A stretch of DNA of 64,000 nt from Minisyncoccota bacterium (GTDB taxonomy: Bacteria; Patescibacteriota; Minisyncoccia; Phycocordibacterales; JACRKE01): positions 23,758-87,757 of the forward strand of contig JBAZWG010000001.1 of the NCBI GenBank assembly GCA_041660505.1. The letters are read 5' to 3'. This document shows positions 8,675 to 19,554 of the stretch, one piece after another. Positions within the stretch are counted from its first letter, which is position 1, and every line of letters starts with the position of its first letter. Position numbers and translations under genes: made by a program. Below the pieces are notes generated by a model. It saw nothing but the letters and a program-made list of their open reading frames with translations, made no database searches and was not told the DNA's origin.

Positions 8675-8705
8675 AAATAGAGAGTTGAACTCTCTAGGAT
8701 AAGGT
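8675..8705. repeat. REP-like palindrome family 1, copy 3
   Basis: aaatagagagttgaactctctaggataagg. Overlaps the stop of the minus-strand DUF218 gene. Confidence 0.85.
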
Positions 8706-9316
8706 TATTTCTCGAGAAAGGTACGTGTGAAGGGCAAGTTAATTTCCAGCCAGGCTTTTATGCTTGCGGCGTACTCCCTTTTGGCATAGGTTGCTTCTGC
8801 TTTAGTGTTGGTTGATGAGGCCGCTATTCCGATCGAGCTTAGCCCGAGATTATTGCAGAGATACAGGGCTCGCGGGAGATGAAACTTTTGGGTTACTAAG
8901 ATAGTATTCTTTATATTATAGACGGTAGCGGCGTTATAACATGAGGCGAAGGTTGAGTTGCCATTATAATCGAGAACAAGTTGGTCTGATTTGGCACCGT
9001 GCGCAAGGGCAAACTTTTTCATCGCGTCGGGCTCGTTGTGGCCAAGGTCAGAGGCGCCGGATAGGAGCAACTTCCCCACCTTACCCTGTTGCAAGAGTTC
9101 TATGCCCTTCACCACTCTTGCTTCGAGCATGTCACGCGGAGTGCCATCGGGCTTGAGCCCTGCGCCGAAGACTAACCCGACGATTGTGCTCGTCGCTAAG
9201 GTATCCTGCATAATGATTTGACTTGCGTATGCGGACTGGACGCGGAAAATCGCCCCGAGTATAATAAGAATGAGTAGCAAGGCAATAAAGCCTAGCAACT
9301 TAATTATCAATTTCAT
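8705..9316 (-). CDS. DUF218 / SanA-YdcF family membrane-anchored protein
   Basis: N-terminal TM, then the GxxPDGTPRDMLEARV...LLLSGASD core typical of DUF218 (SanA/ElyC). Confidence 0.65.
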   Translation of the reverse strand: MKLIIKLLGFIALLLILIILGAIFRVQSAYASQIIMQDTLATSTIVGLVFGAGLKPDGTPRDMLEARVVKGIELLQQGKVGKLLLSGASDLGHNEPDAMKKFALAHGAKSDQLVLDYNGNSTFASCYNAATVYNIKNTILVTQKFHLPRALYLCNNLGLSSIGIAASSTNTKAEATYAKREYAASIKAWLEINLPFTRTFLEK

Positions 9317-9333
9317 TAGTATACTATACCAAT

Positions 9334-10611
9334 ATGAACGCGTATAAGCCAGTAGTCACGAGCGTTGTATCCGGCGTAGTCGGAGCGCTCATCGTGTTTC
9401 TCGGGGGTCTTTGGTTGTTATCGACTAACCCCCTATTGTTTATTAACTTGTTCGGTAACCCAAAATCAGTAAGCGCAACAGCAAGCAGTACGCCGGAGAA
9501 TACAGTAAAAAATATTTTCTCCAAAGAAATATACACTCAAGAATCATTTGTTATCGATACGGTCAAAGCAACAAAGGGTGCCGTGGTATCAATAGTGATA
9601 TCCAAAGACGTACCGGTAATGGAACAGTATTATAGCCAGGTGCCTGGGATTGATCCGAATGATCCATTCGCACAGCTCTTTGGCGGTGGATTTAATTTTC
9701 AGATCCCCCAGCTTCGCCAGAACGGCACTAAACTGCAACAAGTCGGTGCGGGCTCCGGGTTCATTGTTTCGCCAGACGGTCTTATTATTACCAACAAACA
9801 CGTGGTGGCCGACAAGACGGCGGAGTATGCCGTGTTCCTAAACGATGGCAAGAAATATGCGGCGAAGGTTGTCGCTCGAGACCCTGTTAATGATCTCGCC
9901 GTTCTCAAAATTGGGGGGGTAAAATTACCCTATCTCAAATTCGCAAACTCCGACGCCATACAGGTTGGCCAGACCGCTATCGCTATCGGTAATGCGCTCG
10001 GCCAATTCAATAATACGGTCTCGGTTGGCGTTGTGTCGGGCTTAGCTCGCTCGGTCACGGCCGGAAACATGTCGGGCATGTCGGAACAGCTCGATAACGT
10101 TATCCAAACCGACGCGGCGATTAACCCCGGTAACTCCGGCGGGCCGCTCCTAAATCTCGACGGCCGTGTAATCGGCGTGAATGTCGCCGTGGCCCAAGGT
10201 TCGCAAAATATCGGTTTCTCATTACCTGCTAATCTTGCAAAGAGCGTCGTCGATTCGGTACAGAAGAATGCAGGCAAGATAATTCGCCCATACCTTGGGA
10301 TTCGCTACACCGCGGTTACGCCGGAACTTAAAGATGCGAATCATCTGATGGTTGACTATGGTATGCTCGTGCTCCGCGGAAGTTCTAAAGACGAGCTCGC
10401 CGTGGCCCCGGGCTCACCGGCTGACAAAGCCGGTATCCTCGAGAATGACATAATTCTCGAAGCCGACGGCAAGAAATTAACAAGCGACGTCAGCCTGTCT
10501 AATCTGGTTCGTGATCACAAGGTCGGCGACACTATGGCACTCAAGGTATTAAGTAAGGGTACGACCAAGACTGTGAAGATTAAGCTAGAGGCAATCCCGA
10601 CATTGCAGTAA
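9334..10611 (+). CDS. htrA: HtrA/DegP-family trypsin-like serine protease with PDZ domain
   Basis: TNKHVV (His), DLAVLKI (Asp), GNSGGPLLN (Ser) catalytic motifs. C-terminal PDZ. N-terminal TM. Confidence 0.9.
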   Translation: MNAYKPVVTSVVSGVVGALIVFLGGLWLLSTNPLLFINLFGNPKSVSATASSTPENTVKNIFSKEIYTQESFVIDTVKATKGAVVSIVISKDVPVMEQYYSQVPGIDPNDPFAQLFGGGFNFQIPQLRQNGTKLQQVGAGSGFIVSPDGLIITNKHVVADKTAEYAVFLNDGKKYAAKVVARDPVNDLAVLKIGGVKLPYLKFANSDAIQVGQTAIAIGNALGQFNNTVSVGVVSGLARSVTAGNMSGMSEQLDNVIQTDAAINPGNSGGPLLNLDGRVIGVNVAVAQGSQNIGFSLPANLAKSVVDSVQKNAGKIIRPYLGIRYTAVTPELKDANHLMVDYGMLVLRGSSKDELAVAPGSPADKAGILENDIILEADGKKLTSDVSLSNLVRDHKVGDTMALKVLSKGTTKTVKIKLEAIPTLQ

Positions 10612-10668
10612 AACACAAGACCGCCTTCTGCGAATTTCGAGAAGGCGGTCTTGTGTTTTTGATTTTGT
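10612..10668 (+). terminator. Strong intrinsic terminator (18-bp perfect stem)
   Basis: aacacaagaccgccttct...agaaggcggtcttgtgtt followed by tttgattttg. Sits between convergent genes. Confidence 0.8.
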
Positions 10669-10669
10669 A

Positions 10670-10990
10670 TTAGTTGGTCACTTTGTCGTAACACGACCAG
10701 TGATATTCTTTGTTATTTGCAAGCGCCCACATGGCGAGTTTGATGCTGTCTTCGTTGTTGTAGTAGTCGAGATCCTCACCCATTTTAGCAGAGAATTCCT
10801 TGAACGTCGGCTTATGGAACTGGAATGTACCGTAGGCCTTACCATTATCTCCAAAGACATTTCCTCTGATATTAGACTCACATTGCGCGATGGCAAGGGC
10901 TAGCTTCTTGCTGACGCCATACTTCTTCGCATAGGCAGTAATGAGAGCTGATATGCATGCGCGCGATTCAAGCTTCTGACCTTCACACAC
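10670..10990 (-). CDS. Lysozyme-like transglycosylase domain protein (Rpf/SLT-like); 5' signal-peptide region appears frameshifted
   Basis: AIAQCESNIRGNVFGDNGKAYGTFQF matches the catalytic-Glu region of Rpf/SLT transglycosylases. Upstream, an in-frame signal-peptide-like stretch (LILSLFATKSVAGVLLAANFAFA) lacks a start codon. An ATG (MRTVRNALGIG) is in another frame across a T-run near 11148-11155. Confidence 0.6.
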   Translation of the reverse strand: MCEGQKLESRACISALITAYAKKYGVSKKLALAIAQCESNIRGNVFGDNGKAYGTFQFHKPTFKEFSAKMGEDLDYYNNEDSIKLAMWALANNKEYHWSCYDKVTN

Positions 10991-11463
10991 CGGCAGAACG
11001 TCGCTAACCGTTTCGGTCGCGTCGCTTTGCTGGCTGACTTCTTGGATGGTTTGCGCATTATTGGCGATAGAATTAATTGCTTGCGGAGCGAAAGCGAAGT
11101 TGGCGGCGAGGAGAACCCCTGCGACGGACTTCGTGGCGAATAATGATAAAATAAGCCTATTCCTAATGCGTTCCGGACTGTTCTCATTACCTGGCGAAAC
11201 CGACTAAGGATCACCTGGCTTTGCAATGCTGGGTCCCGTGCTGACGGGGTTTAATCGAAAACAAGCTCGAAAGCTTGTTGAGAAATATCATATCATATCT
11301 AGTATCTCCTGTCAATACTAAAACCCACTTTATCCACCCTGTCAATATCATAAATATGGCTATATATATAGCTAGAATAGCTGGAAATATAAGCCAACAT
11401 TTGTACCCGATTTGCAACTCCTGTATACTGCGAACAGATTATATAAGTTAATTTAAGAACATT

Positions 11464-12045
11464 ATGTACGAAGAGAAAAAGTTTGCCCTCGGGAGCCTCA
11501 AGGGGCTCTCGGAGAAACAGGTTAGTGAGCATCTTAAGCTCTATTCGGGGTACGTAAAGAATACAAACGAACTTCTTTCCAAGCTCGAAGCCGGCATCTC
11601 TTCCGGTTGGGATGCCTACACTTTGGCAGAGCTCCGGCGCCGAATGGGTTTTGAGTTCAACGGTATGCGTTTACACGAATATTACTTTAAGCAATTCGAG
11701 TCTGGCTCGGTATTCGATGGCACAGCACTGAAGGATGCCGTTTTGGCTCAATACGCATCGCTAGATAACTGGAGGTCACAGGTCAGCGCGGCGGCGATGG
11801 CACGCGGTGCCGGCTGGGTGTTACTCCTCCGAGATCGTGCAATAAACAAACTTATGATCCAGTGGGTCAGTGATCACGATATGGGGATGATCGCCGGTGT
11901 GGATGTGATAATGGCTCTTGACGTCTGGGAGCATGCCTATCTTTTGGACTATCTGCCGTCCCGGCGTAAAGATTACATTGCCGCATTCTTTGACAACCTT
12001 AACTGGTCGGTGCTAGAGTCTAGGTTCGAGCGAACTGATAAATAA
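11464..12045 (+). CDS. sod: Fe/Mn superoxide dismutase
   Basis: DVWEHAYLLDY C-terminal signature. 193 aa. Confidence 0.95.
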   Translation: MYEEKKFALGSLKGLSEKQVSEHLKLYSGYVKNTNELLSKLEAGISSGWDAYTLAELRRRMGFEFNGMRLHEYYFKQFESGSVFDGTALKDAVLAQYASLDNWRSQVSAAAMARGAGWVLLLRDRAINKLMIQWVSDHDMGMIAGVDVIMALDVWEHAYLLDYLPSRRKDYIAAFFDNLNWSVLESRFERTDK

Positions 12046-12052
12046 CTAATGG

Positions 12053-12097
12053 CACACAAGGCGGTCTTCTGGGGCTCGCAGAAAACCGCCTTGTGTG
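12053..12097 (+). terminator. Hairpin downstream of sod (13-bp stem, no clear U-run)
   Basis: cacacaaggcggt...accgccttgtgtg. Shares the 10-mer aggcggtctt with the 10612 terminator. Confidence 0.4.
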
Positions 12098-12107
12098 ACA
12101 AAAATAT

Positions 12108-12869
12108 ATGGAACCAAACCAACAGCAGAACTACTCTATACCGATTGCAATCGTGATTGCCGGTGTAATCGTTGCCGGAGCAGTGCTCTGGAGCAAAGGT
12201 TCCGGCCCGGTGCCGGTAGCACAAGTTCAGGGTCAGGGACAAGCACAAACAGCCTCAACCGCTGAGCTCATAAAGAGCATGCCGGCCGTTAGTGCTAAGG
12301 ATCATGTCCTAGGTAATCCATCTGCCCCTATTACAATAGTAGAATACTCCGATATCGAATGCCCCTTCTGTCGTCGATTCCATACCACTATGCAGGAAGT
12401 GATGTCTCAATATGGAGACAGCGGCCAGGTGGCGTGGGTGTATCGCCAGTTCCCCTTAAGCATCCATCCCAAGGCCTATCCGGAAGCTACGGCAACCGAG
12501 TGTGTGGCATCGCAATACGACAACAACACTTTCTGGAAATTCCTCGCCGCTCTAATGGAGACTAAAGCCGATGCAGATGGTAATCAGATTGCTGTGATAT
12601 CCGACGACTTTACCGCCGAACAGCGCATCGCCGAAGCATCAACAAAGCTCAAATTGGATGGTGCAAAGATAGCTTTGTGCGTCTCCGCCGATACATTTAA
12701 ACAAAAATTGGAGAGTCTAAGAGGGGAGGCGATGAAGGCAGGCCTTGGCCAGAACGAAACAGGCACGCCGTACAGTATTATCGTAGCCGGCAATAAAAGA
12801 TACTTCATAGACGGTGCCCAGCCCTACAGTGCGGTCAAAGCGCTTATCGATACGGCGCTCAAAGGCTAG
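12108..12869 (+). CDS. DsbA-family thiol:disulfide oxidoreductase (thioredoxin fold, TM-anchored)
   Basis: N-terminal TM. CPFC active-site motif in [15 protein letters not shown]. Confidence 0.75.
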   Translation: MEPNQQQNYSIPIAIVIAGVIVAGAVLWSKGSGPVPVAQVQGQGQAQTASTAELIKSMPAVSAKDHVLGNPSAPITIVEYSDIECPFCRRFHTTMQEVMSQYGDSGQVAWVYRQFPLSIHPKAYPEATATECVASQYDNNTFWKFLAALMETKADADGNQIAVISDDFTAEQRIAEASTKLKLDGAKIALCVSADTFKQKLESLRGEAMKAGLGQNETGTPYSIIVAGNKRYFIDGAQPYSAVKALIDTALKG

Positions 12870-14110
12870 TAATTCAACAGTCTTTTGGCCTTCTGGTGGT
12901 AGCGAATTTTTTCGTGAGCTTTGGCTTCTATTTGGCGGATGCGTTCGCGGGTAACGCCGAACTCTTTGCCGACTTCTTCGAGTGTACGCATGACGCCGTC
13001 TATGAGACCATGGCGCATTTCTAATATCTTGCGCTCTTTGGGGGTCAGGTCGTTCAGAATTTCTTTGATTTGGTCGGCTAGGATACGGCGCGAACTTTCT
13101 TGATCGGGAGAAAGAATTTTATCATCGGCGATGAACTCGCCCAGAGTTGACTTATCGTCGCTCGAGTCTCCTATCGGCGTTTCCAGCGAAACAGTGCTCT
13201 GGTCTATCTTTTCTATATTATAAACCTTCTCAACCTCGATACCCATCTCTATTGCAATTTCCTCCGGCAACGGATCGCGCCCCAAGTCTTGCGAGAGTCT
13301 GCGCACTACTTGCTTATACTTCGCAATAGTCTCTACCATATGCACGGGTATGCGGATTGTGCGCGATTGGTCAGCCAAGGCGCGAGTAATTGCTTGGCGA
13401 ATCCACCAAGTGGCATAAGTTGAAAATTTATAACCCTTAGACCAGTCGAATTTCTCTACGGCTTTGAAAAGGCCAAGATTTCCTTCTTGAATTAAGTCTA
13501 AAAGGGTCAAATCAGAACTACGGCCAACGTATTTCTTCGCAATAGAAACCACGAGACGCAAATTGGCTTTTACCAGAATGTCCGACGCCTCACGCTCGCC
13601 GAGCGCTATGCGCTTCGATAGTTCACGCTCTTCGGCGGCAGAAATAAGACGATACTGGCCGATCTCGCGCAAGTACATCTGCACAGAATCCGGCATCGAG
13701 CCTTCGCGTCCTTTACTCACTCGTGCGTGGGCGATATCCTGCTCAAGTTGCTCGTCAAGAAGTCCGCCACCTTCTAATACATCAATATTCGCTTCGTCGA
13801 ATTTCTCGTACAACTCATCCAAAAATAGAATATCATTCTCGATAGTCGGAAACTCTTTTAAGATCTCATTATAGGTGACGAAGCCTCGCGACTTGGCCTT
13901 CTCGATAAGCAGATTAATCTTGCGAGCCTGAAGACCGCTCTCTTTCTTAGCAACTATCGCTGTCCCGCCCCTCGGCTTGGTCTTTGCCTTCTGCTTTACA
14001 ACCTTCTTCTGCTTATTTTTGGCAACAGACTTTTTCGCTTTAGGTGCGTGCTTCTTCTTTACTATCTTGTGCGTTTTCTGCGCCTTCTTTTTTTTATTTT
14101 TCATTTTCAT
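12866..14110 (-). CDS. rpoD: RNA polymerase sigma-70 factor RpoD
   Basis: Region 2 [13 protein letters not shown], region 4 helix-turn-helix ([11 protein letters not shown]), Lys-rich N-terminus. Confidence 0.95.
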   Translation of the reverse strand: MKMKNKKKKAQKTHKIVKKKHAPKAKKSVAKNKQKKVVKQKAKTKPRGGTAIVAKKESGLQARKINLLIEKAKSRGFVTYNEILKEFPTIENDILFLDELYEKFDEANIDVLEGGGLLDEQLEQDIAHARVSKGREGSMPDSVQMYLREIGQYRLISAAEERELSKRIALGEREASDILVKANLRLVVSIAKKYVGRSSDLTLLDLIQEGNLGLFKAVEKFDWSKGYKFSTYATWWIRQAITRALADQSRTIRIPVHMVETIAKYKQVVRRLSQDLGRDPLPEEIAIEMGIEVEKVYNIEKIDQSTVSLETPIGDSSDDKSTLGEFIADDKILSPDQESSRRILADQIKEILNDLTPKERKILEMRHGLIDGVMRTLEEVGKEFGVTRERIRQIEAKAHEKIRYHQKAKRLLNY

Positions 14111-14126
14111 AATATTGTACTAAAAA

Positions 14127-15872
14127 TTAAATTAACTTGCTTTCAAATTTCTTTAGAACTTCAAGCCTTGAGCCCATCTTCTGACATTCTTCCAAAAGGG
14201 TTTTTGTTTCCGCTTCGCTTATACCGGACTTCTTCAAATCACTCATGCAAATATAAAATTTCTTTTTTAGAATTTCTGTTTCGAGAGAAGCGAACAGGCG
14301 ATCAATCTCTTTGGAGATTTCTGCAGAACCGGCGAACTGGGCTTCTGCCTCGAACATAAATCTCTCTCTGTTGTTGATAAGCGCTTGTTCTCGACCGGCT
14401 GCTTGCTCACCAAATATGTCAGCAAACAATTTCCGCACCGTACCGGTATCAATTGTCGCTTTTGCCGGTTCGCTCTCTTGCCAGAAGACTATCCCGAGAA
14501 TTTTCTCTATTATAGCATCTTCGCGTGTGCGAGTAGCTTTTGTTATATAGGTCGTGTCGGTCTTATATGACATATCGGACTTATGCAACCCCATAGATCT
14601 TATACTCTCTCTGATAACATCTTCTTTCAAATCGATTCTGTCGGCGATAAGCGCGATAAAATGAGCTTGATCTATATGGCTTCTAAGCCGCACGACGAGC
14701 GGGAGGACTTCATGTTCTACTCTTTTGCGCAATTCACGCAAATCCTTAGTCTTTTCTCTTATAACCTGCAGATAATACTCTATAACATGAATGCTATTTT
14801 TTACCGACTGCTTCCACGCCTCCGGATTCTCTTTTATGCTATCAGCCGGGTCTTTGCCATCTGTCACAACCGCAACGCGGACATCCATATCGAGATCAAG
14901 TGCCATCTCTACGGCTCGACGCGATGAAGCCACTCCGGCCGTGTCGGCATCGAATGCTAAGATTAAATTATTGGTCAACCGTTTAACAAGCATTAAGTGA
15001 TCATTAGTAAGTGCTGTACCGGATACGGCGACTGTATTCGTAAGCCCTGCCTGGTGAGACATGATGGCGTCCATTTGGCCTTCCACTAAAATGCAGACGT
15101 TCTCTTTTCTTATCGATACCTTGGCCTTATCATAGGCATAAAGCACGCCGGATTTATTATAGAGCACCGTCTGGGGAGAATTTACATATTTACCTTGAGT
15201 CGAAATATCGCGGACAGTAACAGACTCACGATTTGTTTCCAATATTCTACCCGTAAAAGCGACGACGTGGCCAATACTGTCTGCTATCGGGAACATGATA
15301 CGCTGGCGGAATCTATCGTACGATGAACCCGACTTGCCAACCGCAGATAATCCAACCGAGTCTATATCCCTATTCTGATAACCTCTCGCAAGCAGATAAT
15401 CCAAGCACTTCTTCCAGCTATCCGGCGCGTAACCAATACGGAAATTATTTATTGTTTCTTTTTGTAATCCCCTCTTAAGCAGATAATCCATAGGCTCGTT
15501 ATCTTCCTTGAGTTCCTGCTGATAGAAAAGGGTCGTTGTCTCCATTATCTCGCGCAAGATTTTATGCGGATCGGTATGTTGCTCTGGGCCTGTCACAAGT
15601 ATTACTCCGGCGCGATCGGCCAAAAGCGTAAGTGCCTGCCGGAAGTCAACACCCTCTATGTCCTGCACGAAGCTAAATATGTCTCCGCCCTTATTACATC
15701 CAAAACAGTAATAACTCCCGCGTGCCGGAGACACGAAGAAAGAAGCCGTGTTTTCCGCATGGAAGGGACACTTAGCCTTTAAGTTCGCGCCGGCGCCATC
15801 AAGCTTGAGATACGAGCCTACAACATCCTGAACTCCAAGCCGCGCCTTTATCTGTTCGACGACGGATGACAT
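14127..15872 (-). CDS. dnaG: DNA primase DnaG
   Basis: CHC2 zinc finger CPFHAENTASFFV...YYCFGC. TOPRIM domain (EGQMDAI, DADTAG). Confidence 0.95.
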   Translation of the reverse strand: MSSVVEQIKARLGVQDVVGSYLKLDGAGANLKAKCPFHAENTASFFVSPARGSYYCFGCNKGGDIFSFVQDIEGVDFRQALTLLADRAGVILVTGPEQHTDPHKILREIMETTTLFYQQELKEDNEPMDYLLKRGLQKETINNFRIGYAPDSWKKCLDYLLARGYQNRDIDSVGLSAVGKSGSSYDRFRQRIMFPIADSIGHVVAFTGRILETNRESVTVRDISTQGKYVNSPQTVLYNKSGVLYAYDKAKVSIRKENVCILVEGQMDAIMSHQAGLTNTVAVSGTALTNDHLMLVKRLTNNLILAFDADTAGVASSRRAVEMALDLDMDVRVAVVTDGKDPADSIKENPEAWKQSVKNSIHVIEYYLQVIREKTKDLRELRKRVEHEVLPLVVRLRSHIDQAHFIALIADRIDLKEDVIRESIRSMGLHKSDMSYKTDTTYITKATRTREDAIIEKILGIVFWQESEPAKATIDTGTVRKLFADIFGEQAAGREQALINNRERFMFEAEAQFAGSAEISKEIDRLFASLETEILKKKFYICMSDLKKSGISEAETKTLLEECQKMGSRLEVLKKFESKLI

Positions 15873-15888
15873 TCTTTATTTATTTTTC

Positions 15889-18800
15889 CTATTCCTCTTC
15901 TTCTTTTGATTCCCTGTCCTGGACAGATTGTCGAAAGCCGGTGCCCGCCGGGATAAGTCTTCCGATAATAACATTTTCTTTGAGACCGCGGAGATGGTCT
16001 ACGCCTCCTTTGACAGCCGTTTCGGTCAATACGCGAGCGGTATTCTGGAATGATGCGGCAGACAGGAACGACGGAGTCTTAAGCGCAACCTCCGAAATAC
16101 CTAGGAGCAATACGTCAACCTTTGCCGGCTTGCCACCTTTAGCCTCCGCGCGCTTGTTCGCGTCTGCGACTGTAGAAATATCTACAGTTTCCCCCGCCAC
16201 CAAGCCTGTGTCGCCGGAATTAACAACGTGTCTCTTTGAGAACATCTGTCTTACGATAACTTCTACGTGCTTACGGGCAATCGTTGCGCCTTGTGTCGCG
16301 TAAACGCGGTTAACTTCGTTCACGATATAATCTTCAACAACGACCTTCCCACCAAACTCGAAGAGCTCCGCCAGATTAGCTGAACCGTCGGTAAGGAGAT
16401 TACCTTTCTTAACTGTATCCCCTTTACTCACCTTGACCGAACGAACTTGCGGAACGATGTATTCTTTAGTTTTTGAATCGGTGCTTGTCGTGCGAGAGTC
16501 GTCCGACAACACTTCGATAATCTTATCACGGCCGACTGATTTAACATCTACAACGGTACCGTCAATCTCGCTAATAATAGCCGGATTCTTGGGTGCGCGT
16601 CGCTCGAAGATCTCCTCTACGCGCGGGAGACCCATCGTAATATCTCCGCCGGCTTGCGCCACACCGCCAACGTGGAAGGTACGCATTGTGAGCTGGGTGC
16701 CCGGTTCGCCGATAGCCTGAGCGGCGACGACACCGACTGCTTCACCGAGCTCGATCTGCTTGTTACGGCCGAAGTCGAGACCATAACACTTGCGACACAT
16801 ACCGCGAGTTGATTTACAAGTCAGCGGAGTGAAAACCTGCACCGATTCTATCCCTGATTGGTCAACGATTATTGCGTCCGCTTTATTAAGTAATACGCCT
16901 TTTTTAAATAGGATTCCGCCGTCCGGATTAACAATATCTTTAGCAATAATACGGCCACGAACGGCATTGGCGATTCCCGGTTCCAGGCCGACTACATGTT
17001 TGCGCTCGATAGCGCGTCCGATTTGATCACCGCAATCTTCGTGTGTCACGATTGAATCCTGGGCGACGTCAACCAAGCGCCGTGTAAGATAGCCGGACTT
17101 GGCGGTGTTAAGTGCCGTGTCCGCGTTACCCTTACGCGCACCGTGAGTGGTGATAAAGTATTCGAGCGGAGAAAGGCCTTCGTGCCAAGACGGGATAACC
17201 GGGAAGTCAAGTTGGCGTCCTTGAGTATTGACGATAAGGCCGATCATTCCGGCCATCTGCGTTATCTGACTCATAGAGCCGCGCGCCTTTGAGATAACCA
17301 TGTCGTGAACGCTGCCCGTGGGGTTCATTGCAATCGGCACCATCTTCTCGACATCATCCTTAACCTTACGCCAAAGCTCGATCATAATTCGATAACGCTC
17401 CGTTTCCGAAAGCAAGCCTTCGGCATATTGATCATCCACGACTCTGGCCTCTGCCATACCGCGTGCGATTATCTCCGGCTTCTCCTTCGGCACAACGACA
17501 TCATCGATACCCCAAGTGATACCAGAACGCATCGCGTATTTATAACCAAATGATTTGATACGATCGAGCAGAGCAGGAGCGGCCTCGGCACCGTAATGAG
17601 CGATGAGCTCTTCCACAAGTGCGGCAATTTCCTTGGCGCTAATCTCGTAGTTCACGAACGGGTAGTCTGATGGGAGAATACTATTGAAGAAGACTCTGCC
17701 GACAGTAGTCTCTACGAGCTCACCCTTAAATATAGAATACTTCTCGCTAGTGCCTCCGAGTAATTTGACCTTTGCCTGCAGGCTGACATCACCGAATTCA
17801 TAGGCCATAATAGCGGCGTTCGGACGAGCGAAATACTTGCCTTCTCCTTTGGCGCCCGGAACCATCTTTGTCATCCAATAACAGCCGAGTACCATATCCA
17901 ACATTTTCGGCGTCGTGGTCGGATTACCGTTACCAGGGAAAAGCAGGTTCTTGTCGGCGGACATTAATCGGCCGGCCTCCTCTTGCGCCTCGTCAGAAAG
18001 CGGAACGTGGACTGCCATTTGGTCACCATCGAAGTCTGCGTTGAATGCCGGACAAACCATCGGGTGAATCTGGATAGCGTTGCCTTCGATAAGAACCGGC
18101 TTGAAGGCCTGAATACCCAAGCGGTGCAGGGTCGGCGCACGGTTAAGAAGAACGTATTTATTCTTGATAACTTCTTCGAGTATTGCCCACACCTCCGGCG
18201 CGCCTTCCTCGATAAGCTTGCCGGCACCACGGATGTTAAACGCGAGCTCTTGTTCGAGAATCTTGGAGATAACAAAGGGACGGAAGAGCTCTAGAGCCAT
18301 GTGCTTAGGCAGACCGCATTGATTTAGTTTAAGTTCCGGACCGACAACGATAACACTTCGGCCTGAATAGTCTACGCGCTTACCGAGCAAGTTCTGGCGG
18401 AAGCGGCCTTGCTTACCCTTCAACATATCCGCCAAAGACTTTAACGGGCGGCGCTGGGCTTGAGACACCGCCGAAGCGGCACCGTTACCATGGCGGATAG
18501 AGTTGTCGATAAGAGCATCAACTGCCTCTTGGAGAATACGCTTTTCATTGCGCTGAATAACTTCCGGCGCGTTTATTTCTACGAGCCTCTTCAAACGATT
18601 GTTACGATTAATAACGCGGCGATACAAATCATTAATATCCGACGTTGCATGACGGCCACCATCCAAGGCAACCATCGGGCGCAGGGCCGGAGGAGTTACT
18701 GGGATAATAGTCAAGAACATCCATTCCGGACGGACTCCAGCGCGGATAAGCGACTTCACAAGCTGTAGGCGCTTATTAAGTTTGAGTCTCTCCGCAGTTC

Positions 18801-19539
18801 CCGCCTTCTCAAGTCTCGTTTCAATCTCACCGACAATGCTCTCGAGATCAAGTTCCTTGAACTTCTTATATATAGCCTCAGCGCCGATCTCGGCATCGAA
18901 GAGAGTTCCATAACGCATCGAATATTTATGATAAAGCACTTCGTCGAAGACGACACCCGGCTTAATAGAGTCTATTTCTTTCTTAACTTCTGAAAGAGAG
19001 TTTCGAATGGCCTCTTTGGCCTCCTCTGAATTCGAAGATTTAATCTTAGACCTGAATTCGCTATCAAGATCTTTTAGAATTTTCTTTTTCTCTTCATCAT
19101 TTACTTTCGTAACCAAGTAGCCGGCAAAGTAGATTACTTTTTCAAGATCCGTAACAGAAAGGTCCATCAAGAGTCCTATGCGAGACGGTACGCCGCGCAC
19201 AAACCAGATATGCGCCACAGGCGCGGCAAGCTCGATGTGCCCCATACGCTCACGGCGAACGATAGAGCGGGTCACTTCAACCCCGCACTTCTCACATATG
19301 ATATCTTTATAACGAATGCGACGATATTTACCGCAGTAACACTCGTAATCCTTTTCCGGACCGAAGATCCGTTCATCGAAGAGGCCGGAACGTTCACTGC
19401 GTTGAGTGCGGTAGTTGATTGTCTCTGGTCTGGTAACTTCACCATGAGACCACTCTCTGATGCGTTCGGGTGATGCCAGCTTCAGGCTGATAGCGTTGAA
19501 GTCGAGCGGAGCATTTTTTGAATACATTTTTTGTTCCAT
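15889..19539 (-). CDS. rpoC: DNA-directed RNA polymerase beta' subunit
   Basis: 1216 aa. Zinc-binding [20 protein letters not shown], catalytic [12 protein letters not shown]. Confidence 0.98.
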   Translation of the reverse strand: MEQKMYSKNAPLDFNAISLKLASPERIREWSHGEVTRPETINYRTQRSERSGLFDERIFGPEKDYECYCGKYRRIRYKDIICEKCGVEVTRSIVRRERMGHIELAAPVAHIWFVRGVPSRIGLLMDLSVTDLEKVIYFAGYLVTKVNDEEKKKILKDLDSEFRSKIKSSNSEEAKEAIRNSLSEVKKEIDSIKPGVVFDEVLYHKYSMRYGTLFDAEIGAEAIYKKFKELDLESIVGEIETRLEKAGTAERLKLNKRLQLVKSLIRAGVRPEWMFLTIIPVTPPALRPMVALDGGRHATSDINDLYRRVINRNNRLKRLVEINAPEVIQRNEKRILQEAVDALIDNSIRHGNGAASAVSQAQRRPLKSLADMLKGKQGRFRQNLLGKRVDYSGRSVIVVGPELKLNQCGLPKHMALELFRPFVISKILEQELAFNIRGAGKLIEEGAPEVWAILEEVIKNKYVLLNRAPTLHRLGIQAFKPVLIEGNAIQIHPMVCPAFNADFDGDQMAVHVPLSDEAQEEAGRLMSADKNLLFPGNGNPTTTPKMLDMVLGCYWMTKMVPGAKGEGKYFARPNAAIMAYEFGDVSLQAKVKLLGGTSEKYSIFKGELVETTVGRVFFNSILPSDYPFVNYEISAKEIAALVEELIAHYGAEAAPALLDRIKSFGYKYAMRSGITWGIDDVVVPKEKPEIIARGMAEARVVDDQYAEGLLSETERYRIMIELWRKVKDDVEKMVPIAMNPTGSVHDMVISKARGSMSQITQMAGMIGLIVNTQGRQLDFPVIPSWHEGLSPLEYFITTHGARKGNADTALNTAKSGYLTRRLVDVAQDSIVTHEDCGDQIGRAIERKHVVGLEPGIANAVRGRIIAKDIVNPDGGILFKKGVLLNKADAIIVDQSGIESVQVFTPLTCKSTRGMCRKCYGLDFGRNKQIELGEAVGVVAAQAIGEPGTQLTMRTFHVGGVAQAGGDITMGLPRVEEIFERRAPKNPAIISEIDGTVVDVKSVGRDKIIEVLSDDSRTTSTDSKTKEYIVPQVRSVKVSKGDTVKKGNLLTDGSANLAELFEFGGKVVVEDYIVNEVNRVYATQGATIARKHVEVIVRQMFSKRHVVNSGDTGLVAGETVDISTVADANKRAEAKGGKPAKVDVLLLGISEVALKTPSFLSAASFQNTARVLTETAVKGGVDHLRGLKENVIIGRLIPAGTGFRQSVQDRESKEEEE

Positions 19540-19554
19540 ATATTTATGTATGTT

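Larger units (their letters stand above)
7623..8705 (+). mobile_element. REP-RAYT module (three REP copies + Y1 transposase + small membrane ORF)
   Basis: Transposase flanked 32 bp upstream and 15 bp downstream by the same palindrome. Extra copy upstream of the 96-aa ORF. Confidence 0.7.

Noticed and set aside
7623-8705. Possible CRISPR array (repeated agagagttgaactctct)
   Set aside because: Repeats are self-palindromic 17-mers with irregular spacing (about 360 and 690 bp) that bracket genes. There are no cas genes. The pattern fits REP elements, not CRISPR.
10900-11226. 108-aa minus-strand ORF as an independent gene
   Set aside because: Its only protein-like part (MRTVRNALGIG...) is the start of the signal peptide of the adjacent transglycosylase, shifted in frame. 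The rest is non-protein-like.
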